From contig CARVLU010000005.1 in assembly GCA_949082785.1 (NCBI GenBank), positions 2,767-66,766 on the forward strand: DNA of 64,000 bases. Direction: 5' to 3'. Made by a program: the position numbers and the translations under genes. Position 1 is the first letter of the stretch. Each line of letters begins with the position of its first letter. The stretch is from an uncultured Alphaproteobacteria bacterium. Its GTDB lineage: Bacteria; Pseudomonadota; Alphaproteobacteria; Rs-D84. Under the pieces are notes generated by a model. That model saw only the letters and a program-made list of their open reading frames with translations. It was not told where the DNA came from and searched no databases. Shown piece by piece: positions 55,777 to 64,000 of the stretch.

Positions 55777-56373
55777 ATGAAGCATAAAATTAAAAAGTGG
55801 GCGTCCAGTATCGTCAGCATTTTGACCCAGCCCAAGCGTTTTTTCACAAAAATTGTTGCGGATGGCAATCTGGAAGAATCGATGTTGCGGGCCTTTATGT
55901 ACGGCCTGTTGGGTGGCGGATTGGTGTTGTTGCTGCGCCTGGTCGGTGGGGCGACGATTACAATCGGCGCGGTATTCACGGCAATTATTGTTATCCCGGT
56001 GCTGGCGGTGGCGTTGCTGTTCGTGCTGGGCGGGCTGTTGATGCTGATGTCGGAAATCACGGGGGGCGAACGCGATTGGGAAATCGCGATAAAGGGATTG
56101 GCGTCCGTATTCTTTATCTATCCGGTGATTTTGGTGTTGAACGCACTGGCGTTTAATTGCACATCGCTGTGGGTAATCAGTTTGCTGGTTGACGGCTATA
56201 TCTTGTTCCTGTTTTATAACATCAGTGTTTATTGCATGCGGGGCAAGCGCCAGAACGTCCTGATTGTGATGGCGATTTTGGTATTGTTTATGGCAACGGT
56301 TTACGCAACCGATTACCGCATTGGCTGGTTTATGTTAAAAAATACCAGCGCAGCCCTGGCCTGTCTGTTATAA
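55777..56373 (+). CDS. Yip1-domain membrane protein
   Basis: 198 aa. N-terminal SILTQPKRFFTKI followed by 5 hydrophobic spans. Confidence 0.6.
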   Translation: MKHKIKKWASSIVSILTQPKRFFTKIVADGNLEESMLRAFMYGLLGGGLVLLLRLVGGATITIGAVFTAIIVIPVLAVALLFVLGGLLMLMSEITGGERDWEIAIKGLASVFFIYPVILVLNALAFNCTSLWVISLLVDGYILFLFYNISVYCMRGKRQNVLIVMAILVLFMATVYATDYRIGWFMLKNTSAALACLL

Positions 56374-56399
56374 AAATCCCCCCATGCGGGGGATTTTTT
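56372..56399. terminator. Terminator AAAAATCCCCCC-ATGC-GGGGGATTTTTT
   Basis: Begins within the stop codon of the Yip1-like gene. Confidence 0.85.
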
Positions 56400-56417
56400 G
56401 TTTTTATATTATATCCT

Positions 56418-56461
56418 TTGTCATTGCGAGCAAGGCGGTACGCCGCCGCGTGGCAATCCAG
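56418..56461. repeat. Single R element preceding cassette promoter copy 4
   Basis: ttgtcattgcgagcaaggcggtacgccgccgcgtggcaatccag, identical to the R at 3797-3840. Confidence 0.9.
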
Positions 56462-56495
56462 TAAATCAACCCCCACACCAATAAATTTAAATCCC

Positions 56496-56524
56496 TTGAA
56501 CATTCGCGTGGGATGCGATATAAT
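56496..56524 (+). promoter_or_regulatory. Cassette promoter copy 4 (TTGAAC-17-TATAAT)
   Basis: CACACCAATAAATTTAAATCCCTTGAACattcgcgtgggatgcgaTATAAT, read directly on the plus strand. Confidence 0.7.
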
Positions 56525-56530
56525 TCACAC

Positions 56531-56706
56531 GCATTGGGTAACCGGTGTAGGGTGTCAAGACCCGTAAACAAGAAAAAAATCTCCAACCCGGTTGGAGGGC
56601 TCGCGAATAACCAATAAGCGGCACTATACTTGTTTGTAGTCTTGAACCTCCAACCGCCCACAATAACGTCGGGCGGTGTTTTAATAACTTAAAAGGAGTT
56701 TAAACT
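56531..56706 (+). ncRNA. Candidate structured leader RNA, cassette copy 4
   Basis: GCATTGGGTAACCGGTGTAGGGT block. H2 CTCCAAC-CCG-GTTGGAG (56581-56597). CCTCCAACC (56647-56655). CCGCCC-N11-GGGCGG-TGTTTT (56654-56682). AAGGAG (56693-56698). Confidence 0.6.
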
Positions 56707-56934
56707 ATGGCAAAATTATTAATCGACGCCAATTACTATGGCAGTGTGATGCGCCATGCGCGCCAACATTTGAAAATCAGTGTGGCCGACGCGGCAAAAT
56801 TACTGAAAATGAACAAGAAAGATTATCAGAAATGTGAACGTGGCCACGACCTGTTCGCCGAAGGGACGCTGCGCCGGTTTTTCCACGGGGCATTTGCCAT
56901 GCTGGTGATAAAACGCAGCCGCGATAATTTGTAA
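56707..56934 (+). CDS. 75-aa XRE-family HTH protein, cassette copy 4
   Basis: MAKLLIDANYYGSVMRHARQHLKISVADAAKLLKMNKKDYQKCERGHDLFAEGTL... Confidence 0.88.
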   Translation: MAKLLIDANYYGSVMRHARQHLKISVADAAKLLKMNKKDYQKCERGHDLFAEGTLRRFFHGAFAMLVIKRSRDNL

Positions 56935-56935
56935 C

Positions 56936-56960
56936 ATTGTCCCCCGAATGGGGGATTTTA
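56936..56960 (+). terminator. Terminator of cassette HTH gene copy 4
   Basis: TCCCCC-GAAT-GGGGGA + TTTTATT, 3 nt after the stop. Confidence 0.75.
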
Positions 56961-56963
56961 TTA

Positions 56964-57146
56964 CTGGATTGCCACGCGGCGTCCGTCTTCGCTGCGCTAC
57001 GTCGCGACTTGCTCGCAATGACAAAGGAGATACAGCGCCAGCCACCGTTGTCATTGCGAACGCAGTGAAGCAATCCAGTAAATAATGAACATTGCCACTT
57101 CCCTGGATTGCCACGCGGCGGCATACCGCCTTGCTCGCAATGACAA
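56964..57146. repeat. R1-S1-R2-S2-R1 group downstream of cassette copy 4
   Basis: R1 at 56964-57024 (long loop gtccgtcttcgctgcgctacgtcgcgac, also seen at 6479-6510), R2 at 57048-57078, R1 at 57103-57146. Confidence 0.9.
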
Positions 57147-57168
57147 GAGAGAGTAAGTGCCCAGTCTT

Positions 57169-57197
57169 AAAAAAAATCCCCCATGCGGGGGATTTTT
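57169..57197. terminator. rpsO terminator AAAAAAAATCCCCC-ATGC-GGGGGATTTTT; overlaps the rpsO stop
   Basis: The hairpin T-tract contains the reverse-strand TAA at 57196-57198. Confidence 0.85.
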
Positions 57198-57468
57198 ATT
57201 TACGCAGACCCAATTTCTTAATCAGTTCTTCGTATTCGGAAACATTACGTTTCTTGATGTAGGCCAACAATTTCTTGCGGCGGTTCACCATCAGCAATAA
57301 ACCGCGTTTGGAATGCTGATCCTTGTGATTGGCCTTCATATGTTCGGTCAAATTGCGGATGCGTTCCGTCAAAACCGCAACCTGGGACGCGGCGCTGCCG
57401 CCGTTGTCTTTGTCTGTGGTTTTGTACGCGTTAATCAATTCAGTTTTTTTTGCTTTTGTAACGGACAT
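57196..57468 (-). CDS. rpsO: 30S ribosomal protein S15
   Basis: 90 aa. Contains [47 protein letters not shown]. Confidence 0.95.
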   Translation of the reverse strand: MSVTKAKKTELINAYKTTDKDNGGSAASQVAVLTERIRNLTEHMKANHKDQHSKRGLLLMVNRRKKLLAYIKKRNVSEYEELIKKLGLRK

Positions 57469-57488
57469 TATATTTCCTTTTGTTTATC

Positions 57489-58355
57489 TTATTTAATTGT
57501 TCGTTTGGGGCGCAGAATTCCGTCCGACACAACGCCAATACCGATTAACCCGGCATCATCGTACACACGCGCCAAACCGTCCGCATATGCCCCGCCGATA
57601 AAGCCGCCGTGTTTATAAAAATCCGCGTCTTTATCATTCAGATTCAGAACCGGAATGTCCCCCAGTCCAAAATCAATCGGTTGCAGATATTCCTGCAAAT
57701 CCCCGCCATTATGAAACAAATTTTCCAGAAAATCAAGTTTCACGGCATTTTTTATGTGCAACCCGTTCGTTTCCACGCGCCGTATCATGTCAACCGTCGC
57801 CAGTGCCCCGCACGCATTTGCGATATCGCGCCCCAGTGAACGCACATATGTCCCGGCGGTGCAACGCACCCGAAAATGGTATGACGCGCCCCGCGCCCCC
57901 AGAAATTCCAGTGCGTAAATATGAACCCGGCGTGGCGGGATATCAACGACGCGCCCCGCGCGGGCCAATTTGTGGGCGCGCACGCCGCCGACGTGCACCG
58001 CGCTGTACATCGGGGGCACCTGGTCGATATCACCGATAAATTGGGACAGCACCGCCGTCACCGCATCCGCGCCTGGGATAATGTCATTGCGTTTGGTAAT
58101 TGCGCCCGTGATATCCAGCGTGTCTGTTTCAAAACCAAATTGCATAGAAAACAGATATTCTTTGACGCATTCGGTCTGCATAAACGGAATAACCCGCGTT
58201 GCGGCCCCCAACGCAATCGGCAATAATCCCGACGCCATCGGGTCCAGTGTCCCGATATGCCCGAATGTCGGCGCATCAAACATGCGCATGCACCGCGCGC
58301 CACATGCGCGGCTGGATATATTTTCGGGCTTGTCCAAGATTATCCATCCGTCCAT
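57489..58355 (-). CDS. truB: tRNA pseudouridine-55 synthase TruB
   Basis: 288 aa. Contains GHIGTLDPMASGLLPI with the catalytic Asp. truB-rpsO adjacency. Confidence 0.92.
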   Translation of the reverse strand: MDGWIILDKPENISSRACGARCMRMFDAPTFGHIGTLDPMASGLLPIALGAATRVIPFMQTECVKEYLFSMQFGFETDTLDITGAITKRNDIIPGADAVTAVLSQFIGDIDQVPPMYSAVHVGGVRAHKLARAGRVVDIPPRRVHIYALEFLGARGASYHFRVRCTAGTYVRSLGRDIANACGALATVDMIRRVETNGLHIKNAVKLDFLENLFHNGGDLQEYLQPIDFGLGDIPVLNLNDKDADFYKHGGFIGGAYADGLARVYDDAGLIGIGVVSDGILRPKRTIK

Positions 58356-58361
58356 CTGCGT

Positions 58362-60953
58362 TTATCCAAACAGTGACAATTGCGGTGCCACATCCGATTG
58401 ATTGACGCGCCCCCGGGGTGCGGCGCGCGGCGTCGGTGCGGCCGGCGTTGTGGGCGCCGCAGATACAGGCGTGGTTATGGCGGCGGGCGCGCATTGCGCA
58501 CCACCGTGACGTGATTCCAGCGCACCCAACACAGATTCCGCGCGCGCAACAACCGACGCCGGCATGCCCGCCATTTTCGCCACATGAATCCCGTATGACC
58601 GATTGGCGACGCCCGGCACGATTTTGTGCATAAAGATGATTTCGTTGTTGTGTTCGCGCACATCAATGGTCAGACACGACACACCGTCCAACTGGTCGGG
58701 GGCATCCCCCACCAACGCGGTTAATTCATGATAGTGCGTTGCAAACAACGTGCGCGGCCCCAGGTTATTTAAAAATTCCAGCACCGCCTGGGCGATGGCC
58801 ATACCGTCATATGTCGCGGTGCCGCGCCCAATTTCGTCAAAGATAATAAACGACCGTTCCGTCGCACGGTTCAGGATGTTGGCAGTTTCAGTCATTTCCA
58901 CCATAAATGTGGATTGGCCCGCCGCCAAATTGTCCGACGCGCCAACGCGGCTGAACAATTGGTCGCAAATGCCGATGGTGGCGCTGGTTGCCGGAACAAA
59001 CGACCCCAGATGCGCCAACACGACCAGAATGGCATTCTGGCGCAGATATGTTGATTTACCCGCCATATTCGGCCCCGTCAGCAACGCGATGGACCGCGTA
59101 TCCAGGTTACAGTCATTTTTCACAAAATTATCCCCGCGCGCCCGCAAAACATATTCAATCACCGGATGGCGGCCGCCCCGGATATCCATGGCGCGGTCTT
59201 CGCTGATGGTGGGGCGCACCCATTGCCAGCGGCCCGCGCATTCGGCCAATGCATACCAAACGTCCGCATCCGCAATTAGTTCGGCCGTATTCATCAAATC
59301 GTCGGCAATTTCGCGGATTTTTTCGATAAAGCCGGTGACCAGTTCGGCTTCGATGGCGGCGGCCTTTTCCCCGGCGCTGCGCACGTCATTGTCCAAATCA
59401 ATTAACCGCGTCGTGGTAAAGCGCATATTACCCGCCATCGTCTGTCGATGGATAAATCCGCCGTCGGGTTGCATCATGACATCGGCGCGGGCGGATGGAA
59501 CTTCTATGAAATATCCCAGGATATTGTTGTACTTGATTTTCAGGGTATGGATACCGGTCTGGGCGGCGTATTCGGCCTGCAATGCGGCAATCGTTTCCTT
59601 GGCCCCGTGGGACAATCCCCGCATATGGTCCAGCGCCGCGTCAAACCCATCGCGGATAACCCCGCCATCGCGGAAAAATGTCGGCAATTCATCACTTAGC
59701 GCGAACTTCAATTCCCCGGCCAGTTTATCATGGCTGTTGATTTCGGCAAAGCGTGCGGCCATATCCGCATCCAACGAACGCCCGCGGGCACGCGCCCCGG
59801 GCAACGCCAACAGAAAATCCGACACAGACCGCATATCGCGCGGCGTCCCGCGCCCCGACAGCAAACGCGTCAAACTGCGCCCAACGTCGGGAATCGCCCC
59901 CAGCATTTGCGCCAATCCACCCATTGCATCCATATTCAGCAACAAATGGCCGATGTGTTCCTGGCGGCGGCGAATTTCACCAATATCCGCCGACAGCGTG
60001 CGCAGATACGACCGCAACCGGCGCGCACCCGCGGCCGTCTTGGTCTGGTCCAACACGTCCAGCAAACATGCCCCGCCGTCATTAATGGGGGCATCGATTT
60101 CCAGGCTTTTCCACGTGGCCGAATCAATCAGCAATTGGCGCCCGGATTTAAAGGCATATGGTGCGCGAAACGCCATCGGCGCATCACGCTGGGTATTAAA
60201 CAAATATCCCGCCAGCAATGCGACCACGCCGTTCGGCGCGTCGCCGCGAATAACGCATCCCGCGTCCGCCGCATCCACATTTTGCCCGAACACCCGCGAC
60301 ACAATTTGGCCGATATCGGTGCGGTTGTATAATTTTTCATAAACCGGCGTTGTCTTAAACACATCGCGCAGGGTTTGAACATACGCATCTTCGGCGGCGG
60401 ATTCTGGATAAATAACTTCGGCCGGGTTGATGCGCACCAAATCGTCCAGCGCATTGTCCGTGTGGCCGATAAAAAATTCGCCGGTTGAAATATCGCACCC
60501 GGCGATATCAAACATCCCACGTCCCCCCGATACCGGGACCACCGCGACCAAGAAATTGGAATTTTTCGGCGTCAACAGATTTTCATCCGTCAGCGTTCCC
60601 GGCGTCAACACGCGCACCACGCGGCGGTCAATGTATTTGTGGCCGCGGGCCTTGGCCTGGGCCGGGGTTTCCATTTGTTCGACCAAGGCCACGCTGTACC
60701 CCGCGCGCACCAGCCGTCCAAAATAGTTATCCGCCGCATGCCACGGAATACCGCACATCGGAATATCGTTTCCGGCGGCGTCTGTTCCGCGCTGGGTCAA
60801 TACCAGGGACAAAGTCGTACTGATTGTTTTGGCGTCTTCGAAAAACGCTTCGTAAAAATCGCCCAGACGAAACATCAACAACGCGTCGGGGTTTTCAGCC
60901 TTCATGTCAACATATTGTTGCATGACGGGTGTCAATTTGCTTTTTTCGGTCAC
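58362..60953 (-). CDS. mutS: DNA mismatch repair protein MutS
   Basis: 863 aa. N-terminal TPVMQQY...K......LMFRLGDFYE mismatch-binding motif. Walker A GPNMAGKST. Also FIIFDEIGRGT and ATHYHEL. Confidence 0.96.
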   Translation of the reverse strand: MTEKSKLTPVMQQYVDMKAENPDALLMFRLGDFYEAFFEDAKTISTTLSLVLTQRGTDAAGNDIPMCGIPWHAADNYFGRLVRAGYSVALVEQMETPAQAKARGHKYIDRRVVRVLTPGTLTDENLLTPKNSNFLVAVVPVSGGRGMFDIAGCDISTGEFFIGHTDNALDDLVRINPAEVIYPESAAEDAYVQTLRDVFKTTPVYEKLYNRTDIGQIVSRVFGQNVDAADAGCVIRGDAPNGVVALLAGYLFNTQRDAPMAFRAPYAFKSGRQLLIDSATWKSLEIDAPINDGGACLLDVLDQTKTAAGARRLRSYLRTLSADIGEIRRRQEHIGHLLLNMDAMGGLAQMLGAIPDVGRSLTRLLSGRGTPRDMRSVSDFLLALPGARARGRSLDADMAARFAEINSHDKLAGELKFALSDELPTFFRDGGVIRDGFDAALDHMRGLSHGAKETIAALQAEYAAQTGIHTLKIKYNNILGYFIEVPSARADVMMQPDGGFIHRQTMAGNMRFTTTRLIDLDNDVRSAGEKAAAIEAELVTGFIEKIREIADDLMNTAELIADADVWYALAECAGRWQWVRPTISEDRAMDIRGGRHPVIEYVLRARGDNFVKNDCNLDTRSIALLTGPNMAGKSTYLRQNAILVVLAHLGSFVPATSATIGICDQLFSRVGASDNLAAGQSTFMVEMTETANILNRATERSFIIFDEIGRGTATYDGMAIAQAVLEFLNNLGPRTLFATHYHELTALVGDAPDQLDGVSCLTIDVREHNNEIIFMHKIVPGVANRSYGIHVAKMAGMPASVVARAESVLGALESRHGGAQCAPAAITTPVSAAPTTPAAPTPRAAPRGRVNQSDVAPQLSLFG

Positions 60954-60983
60954 GATAATCCTCTTGTGACGATGATAAATAAA

Positions 60984-61190
60984 TTACTGTGCTGTGCCCA
61001 CTTTCAGTGTTTCGATTTTCAGTTCGGCTTCTTTTAACAATTGTTCGCAATACGCCTTTAACTTAATGCCCTGTTCGTATGCGGCAACCGACGCCGCCAG
61101 GGGCAATTCGCCCGATTCCATCTTCTTGACCAATTCGGTCAGTTGTTTGTACGCTTCTTCAAACGACAGCTTGTCCTGGTCCATAATCAA
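60984..61190 (-). CDS. xseB: Exodeoxyribonuclease VII small subunit
   Basis: 68 aa. Contains SFEEAYKQLTELVKKMESGELPLAASVAAYEQGIKL. Confidence 0.85.
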   Translation of the reverse strand: MIMDQDKLSFEEAYKQLTELVKKMESGELPLAASVAAYEQGIKLKAYCEQLLKEAELKIETLKVGTAQ

Positions 61191-61251
61191 TTCCTTTCGT
61201 TAACATGGACACGATACAAAAATAAATCGGGAAATGCAAATTAAACATATG

Positions 61252-61281
61252 AAAAAACGCCGCGTTTTGCGGCGCTTTTTT

Positions 61282-61283
<2 letters not shown>
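61252..61283. terminator. mreB terminator AAAAAACGCCGC-GTTTT-GCGGCGCTTTTTTTT; overlaps the mreB stop
   Basis: Hairpin with flanking A- and T-tracts. The reverse-strand TAA lies at 61282-61284. Confidence 0.8.
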
Positions 61284-62421
<1,138 letters not shown>

Positions 62422-62459
62422 TTATTTGATTATCGTGATATTTTGTTATTATAGGGGCC

Positions 62460-62813
62460 ATGCGTGATACAATAAAAAGACATGACGATTTTATAATGAC
62501 GGAAACGGACCTGTCGGCCCGGTGCGGTGCGTTTATTATCCGGGCGCGGACAACGCGATTCCCCGGGGATGCGCGATACGGGCTGGTGGCGACAAAAAAA
62601 ACATTCCGTCACGCGGTGGACCGCAACCGGGCGAAACGTGTTCTGCGCGTTTGGATTCGGGGCAACGAATCGTGGCTGGACGATGGGCGTGATTATGTGT
62701 TTATCGCCCGTCCGTCGATTTTGGCGTGGCAGCATACCGACGGCATGGTCGCCATGAAGAAGGCACTGCGTTACCTGCGCAAACAAAAGATTGATGGCGT
62801 CCCACAACAATAA
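62460..62813 (+). CDS. rnpA: Ribonuclease P protein component
   Basis: 117 aa. Contains [20 protein letters not shown] (RNR motif region). Confidence 0.85.
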   Translation: MRDTIKRHDDFIMTETDLSARCGAFIIRARTTRFPGDARYGLVATKKTFRHAVDRNRAKRVLRVWIRGNESWLDDGRDYVFIARPSILAWQHTDGMVAMKKALRYLRKQKIDGVPQQ

Positions 62814-63048
62814 ATCTTGTGCAATCGCCCCAACGTCGCGCGCGGCCATGTGGTGCATACGCGCGTATCAAATGTTCATTTCCCCATTGATTGGCGGGCG
62901 CGCCGCGTGCCGCTTTACCCCCAGTTGCAGCGAATATACCCGCACCGCCATCGCGCGGTATGGGCTGTGGCGTGGGGGGCTGATGGGATTGCGCCGAATT
63001 GGGCGATGCCGACCCGGTGGCGGGTGTGGGTATGACCCGGTGCCTTGA
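62794..63048 (+). CDS. yidD: Membrane protein insertion efficiency factor YidD
   Basis: Contains [34 protein letters not shown]...[14 protein letters not shown]. The start is uncertain (ATG 62794 or 62848). Confidence 0.88.
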   Translation: MASHNNKSCAIAPTSRAAMWCIRAYQMFISPLIGGRAACRFTPSCSEYTRTAIARYGLWRGGLMGLRRIGRCRPGGGCGYDPVP

Positions 63049-63120
63049 CATCCGCGTTCATTGTGATAAAATTCGGTTCAACTGAAATAAACCAGTCAAA
63101 CAGATTAAAAAGGATATATA

Positions 63121-63573
63121 ATGTCATTTCGTGCAACTGTTGAATCCATGTCCAAAATTATGGACGAAATGGGTATTACGGAATTGGATTTGGAACGCCA
63201 GTTCTTGTTTGGTGTTTACCGCAAACACATTCATTTGTCCAAGCAACAGGCCGCCGCGGCCGTCATGCCCAGCTTTGCCGTTTCGGAAAACAAGCGGCCC
63301 GGTCTGGACGCGCCGGCGTCCGACGAACCGAAAATTTCGGGTCACGTGCTGAAATCCCCGATGGTGGGCGTTGCGTACCTGGCGCCGGAACCGGGTGCGA
63401 AACCGTTCGTGACGGTTGGCGCATCGGTCAAATCGGGTGACACGGTCGCCCTGGTCGAAGCGATGAAGACATTCAACCCGATTAAATCCGACAAAGACGG
63501 CGTCGTCAAAGAAATCTTGGTTTCCGACGGCCAGGCGGTTGAATTCGACCAAGCCTTGATTGTGATTGAATAA
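63121..63573 (+). CDS. accB: Biotin carboxyl carrier protein AccB
   Basis: 150 aa. Biotinyl-lysine motif [15 protein letters not shown] in a C-terminal lipoyl-like domain. Confidence 0.93.
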   Translation: MSFRATVESMSKIMDEMGITELDLERQFLFGVYRKHIHLSKQQAAAAVMPSFAVSENKRPGLDAPASDEPKISGHVLKSPMVGVAYLAPEPGAKPFVTVGASVKSGDTVALVEAMKTFNPIKSDKDGVVKEILVSDGQAVEFDQALIVIE

Positions 63574-63587
63574 GAAAGCGAAAAGCC

Positions 63588-64000
63588 ATGCCACAAATTA
63601 AAAAAGTATTAATTGCCAACCGCGGGGAAATCGCCCTGCGCATTATCCGCGCGTGCCGCGATATGGGCATTCGTACGGTTGCGGTTTATTCCACGGTTGA
63701 TAAAAACGCAATGCACGTGCAATTGGCGGACGAATCCGTCTGTATCGGCCCCGGCCCATCCAAGGATTCTTATCTGAACGAATCCGCGATTTTGACGGCG
63801 GCGTTACTGACCAATTCCGACGCGATTCACCCGGGATATGGATTTTTGTCCGAACGCGCCGATTTCGTTCGCAAGGTGGAACAGCACGGTCTGATTTGGG
63901 TTGGGCCGACCGCCGCGATGATTGAAAAAATGGGGGACAAGGTTAATGCCAAACGCACCGCGATTGAATGCGGTTTGCCGGTTGTTCCCGGTTCCGACGG
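63588..64000 (+). CDS. accC: Biotin carboxylase AccC (5' part; runs off the window)
   Basis: My own translation from ATG 63588: [35 protein letters not shown]...HPGYGFLSE. It is not in the ORF track because there is no stop in the window. Confidence 0.9.
   Translation, partial: MPQIKKVLIANRGEIALRIIRACRDMGIRTVAVYSTVDKNAMHVQLADESVCIGPGPSKDSYLNESAILTAALLTNSDAIHPGYGFLSERADFVRKVEQHGLIWVGPTAAMIEKMGDKVNAKRTAIECGLPVVPGSD

Overview
This window reads as a chromosomal segment of an alphaproteobacterium-like organism. The 16S 5' end is AGAGTTTGATCCTGGCTCAGAACGAACGCTGGCGGCAGG, and GC is roughly 50% by eye. It starts inside an rRNA operon on the minus strand (5' part of the spacer tRNA-Ile plus a complete 16S). 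It then carries about 45 recognisable housekeeping genes: lpxD-fabZ, valS, mraY-ftsW-murG, mrcA, rpmE, pnp, uvrD, dnaQ, rluD, dnaX, skp, der, truB-rpsO, mutS, xseB, mreB, rnpA-yidD and accBC. Lineage-specific content is interleaved with these. (1) Four copies of a 0.8-1.1 kb cassette. Each has palindromic REP/REPIN-like element arrays, a near-consensus sigma70 promoter, a ~180 nt structured leader with compensatory base changes and a terminator/antiterminator geometry, and a 75-aa XRE-type HTH ORF. (2) Five paralogous polytopic membrane proteins. Four are translationally coupled and one is divergent, and the set runs straight into mrcA-mliC-mraY-ftsW-murG. (3) An operon of three 400-450 aa proteins with type IV prepilin-like N-termini, a ZitP-like zinc-ribbon/TM protein and rluD, plus an orphan small type IVa-like pilin after dnaX. 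(4) Five large secreted Cys-rich proteins with no family I recognise. I saw no transposase, integrase, cas, phage or toxin genes. All functional calls rest on motifs I recognise in the supplied translations. No search was run, and coordinates of RNA and regulatory features are hand-counted.
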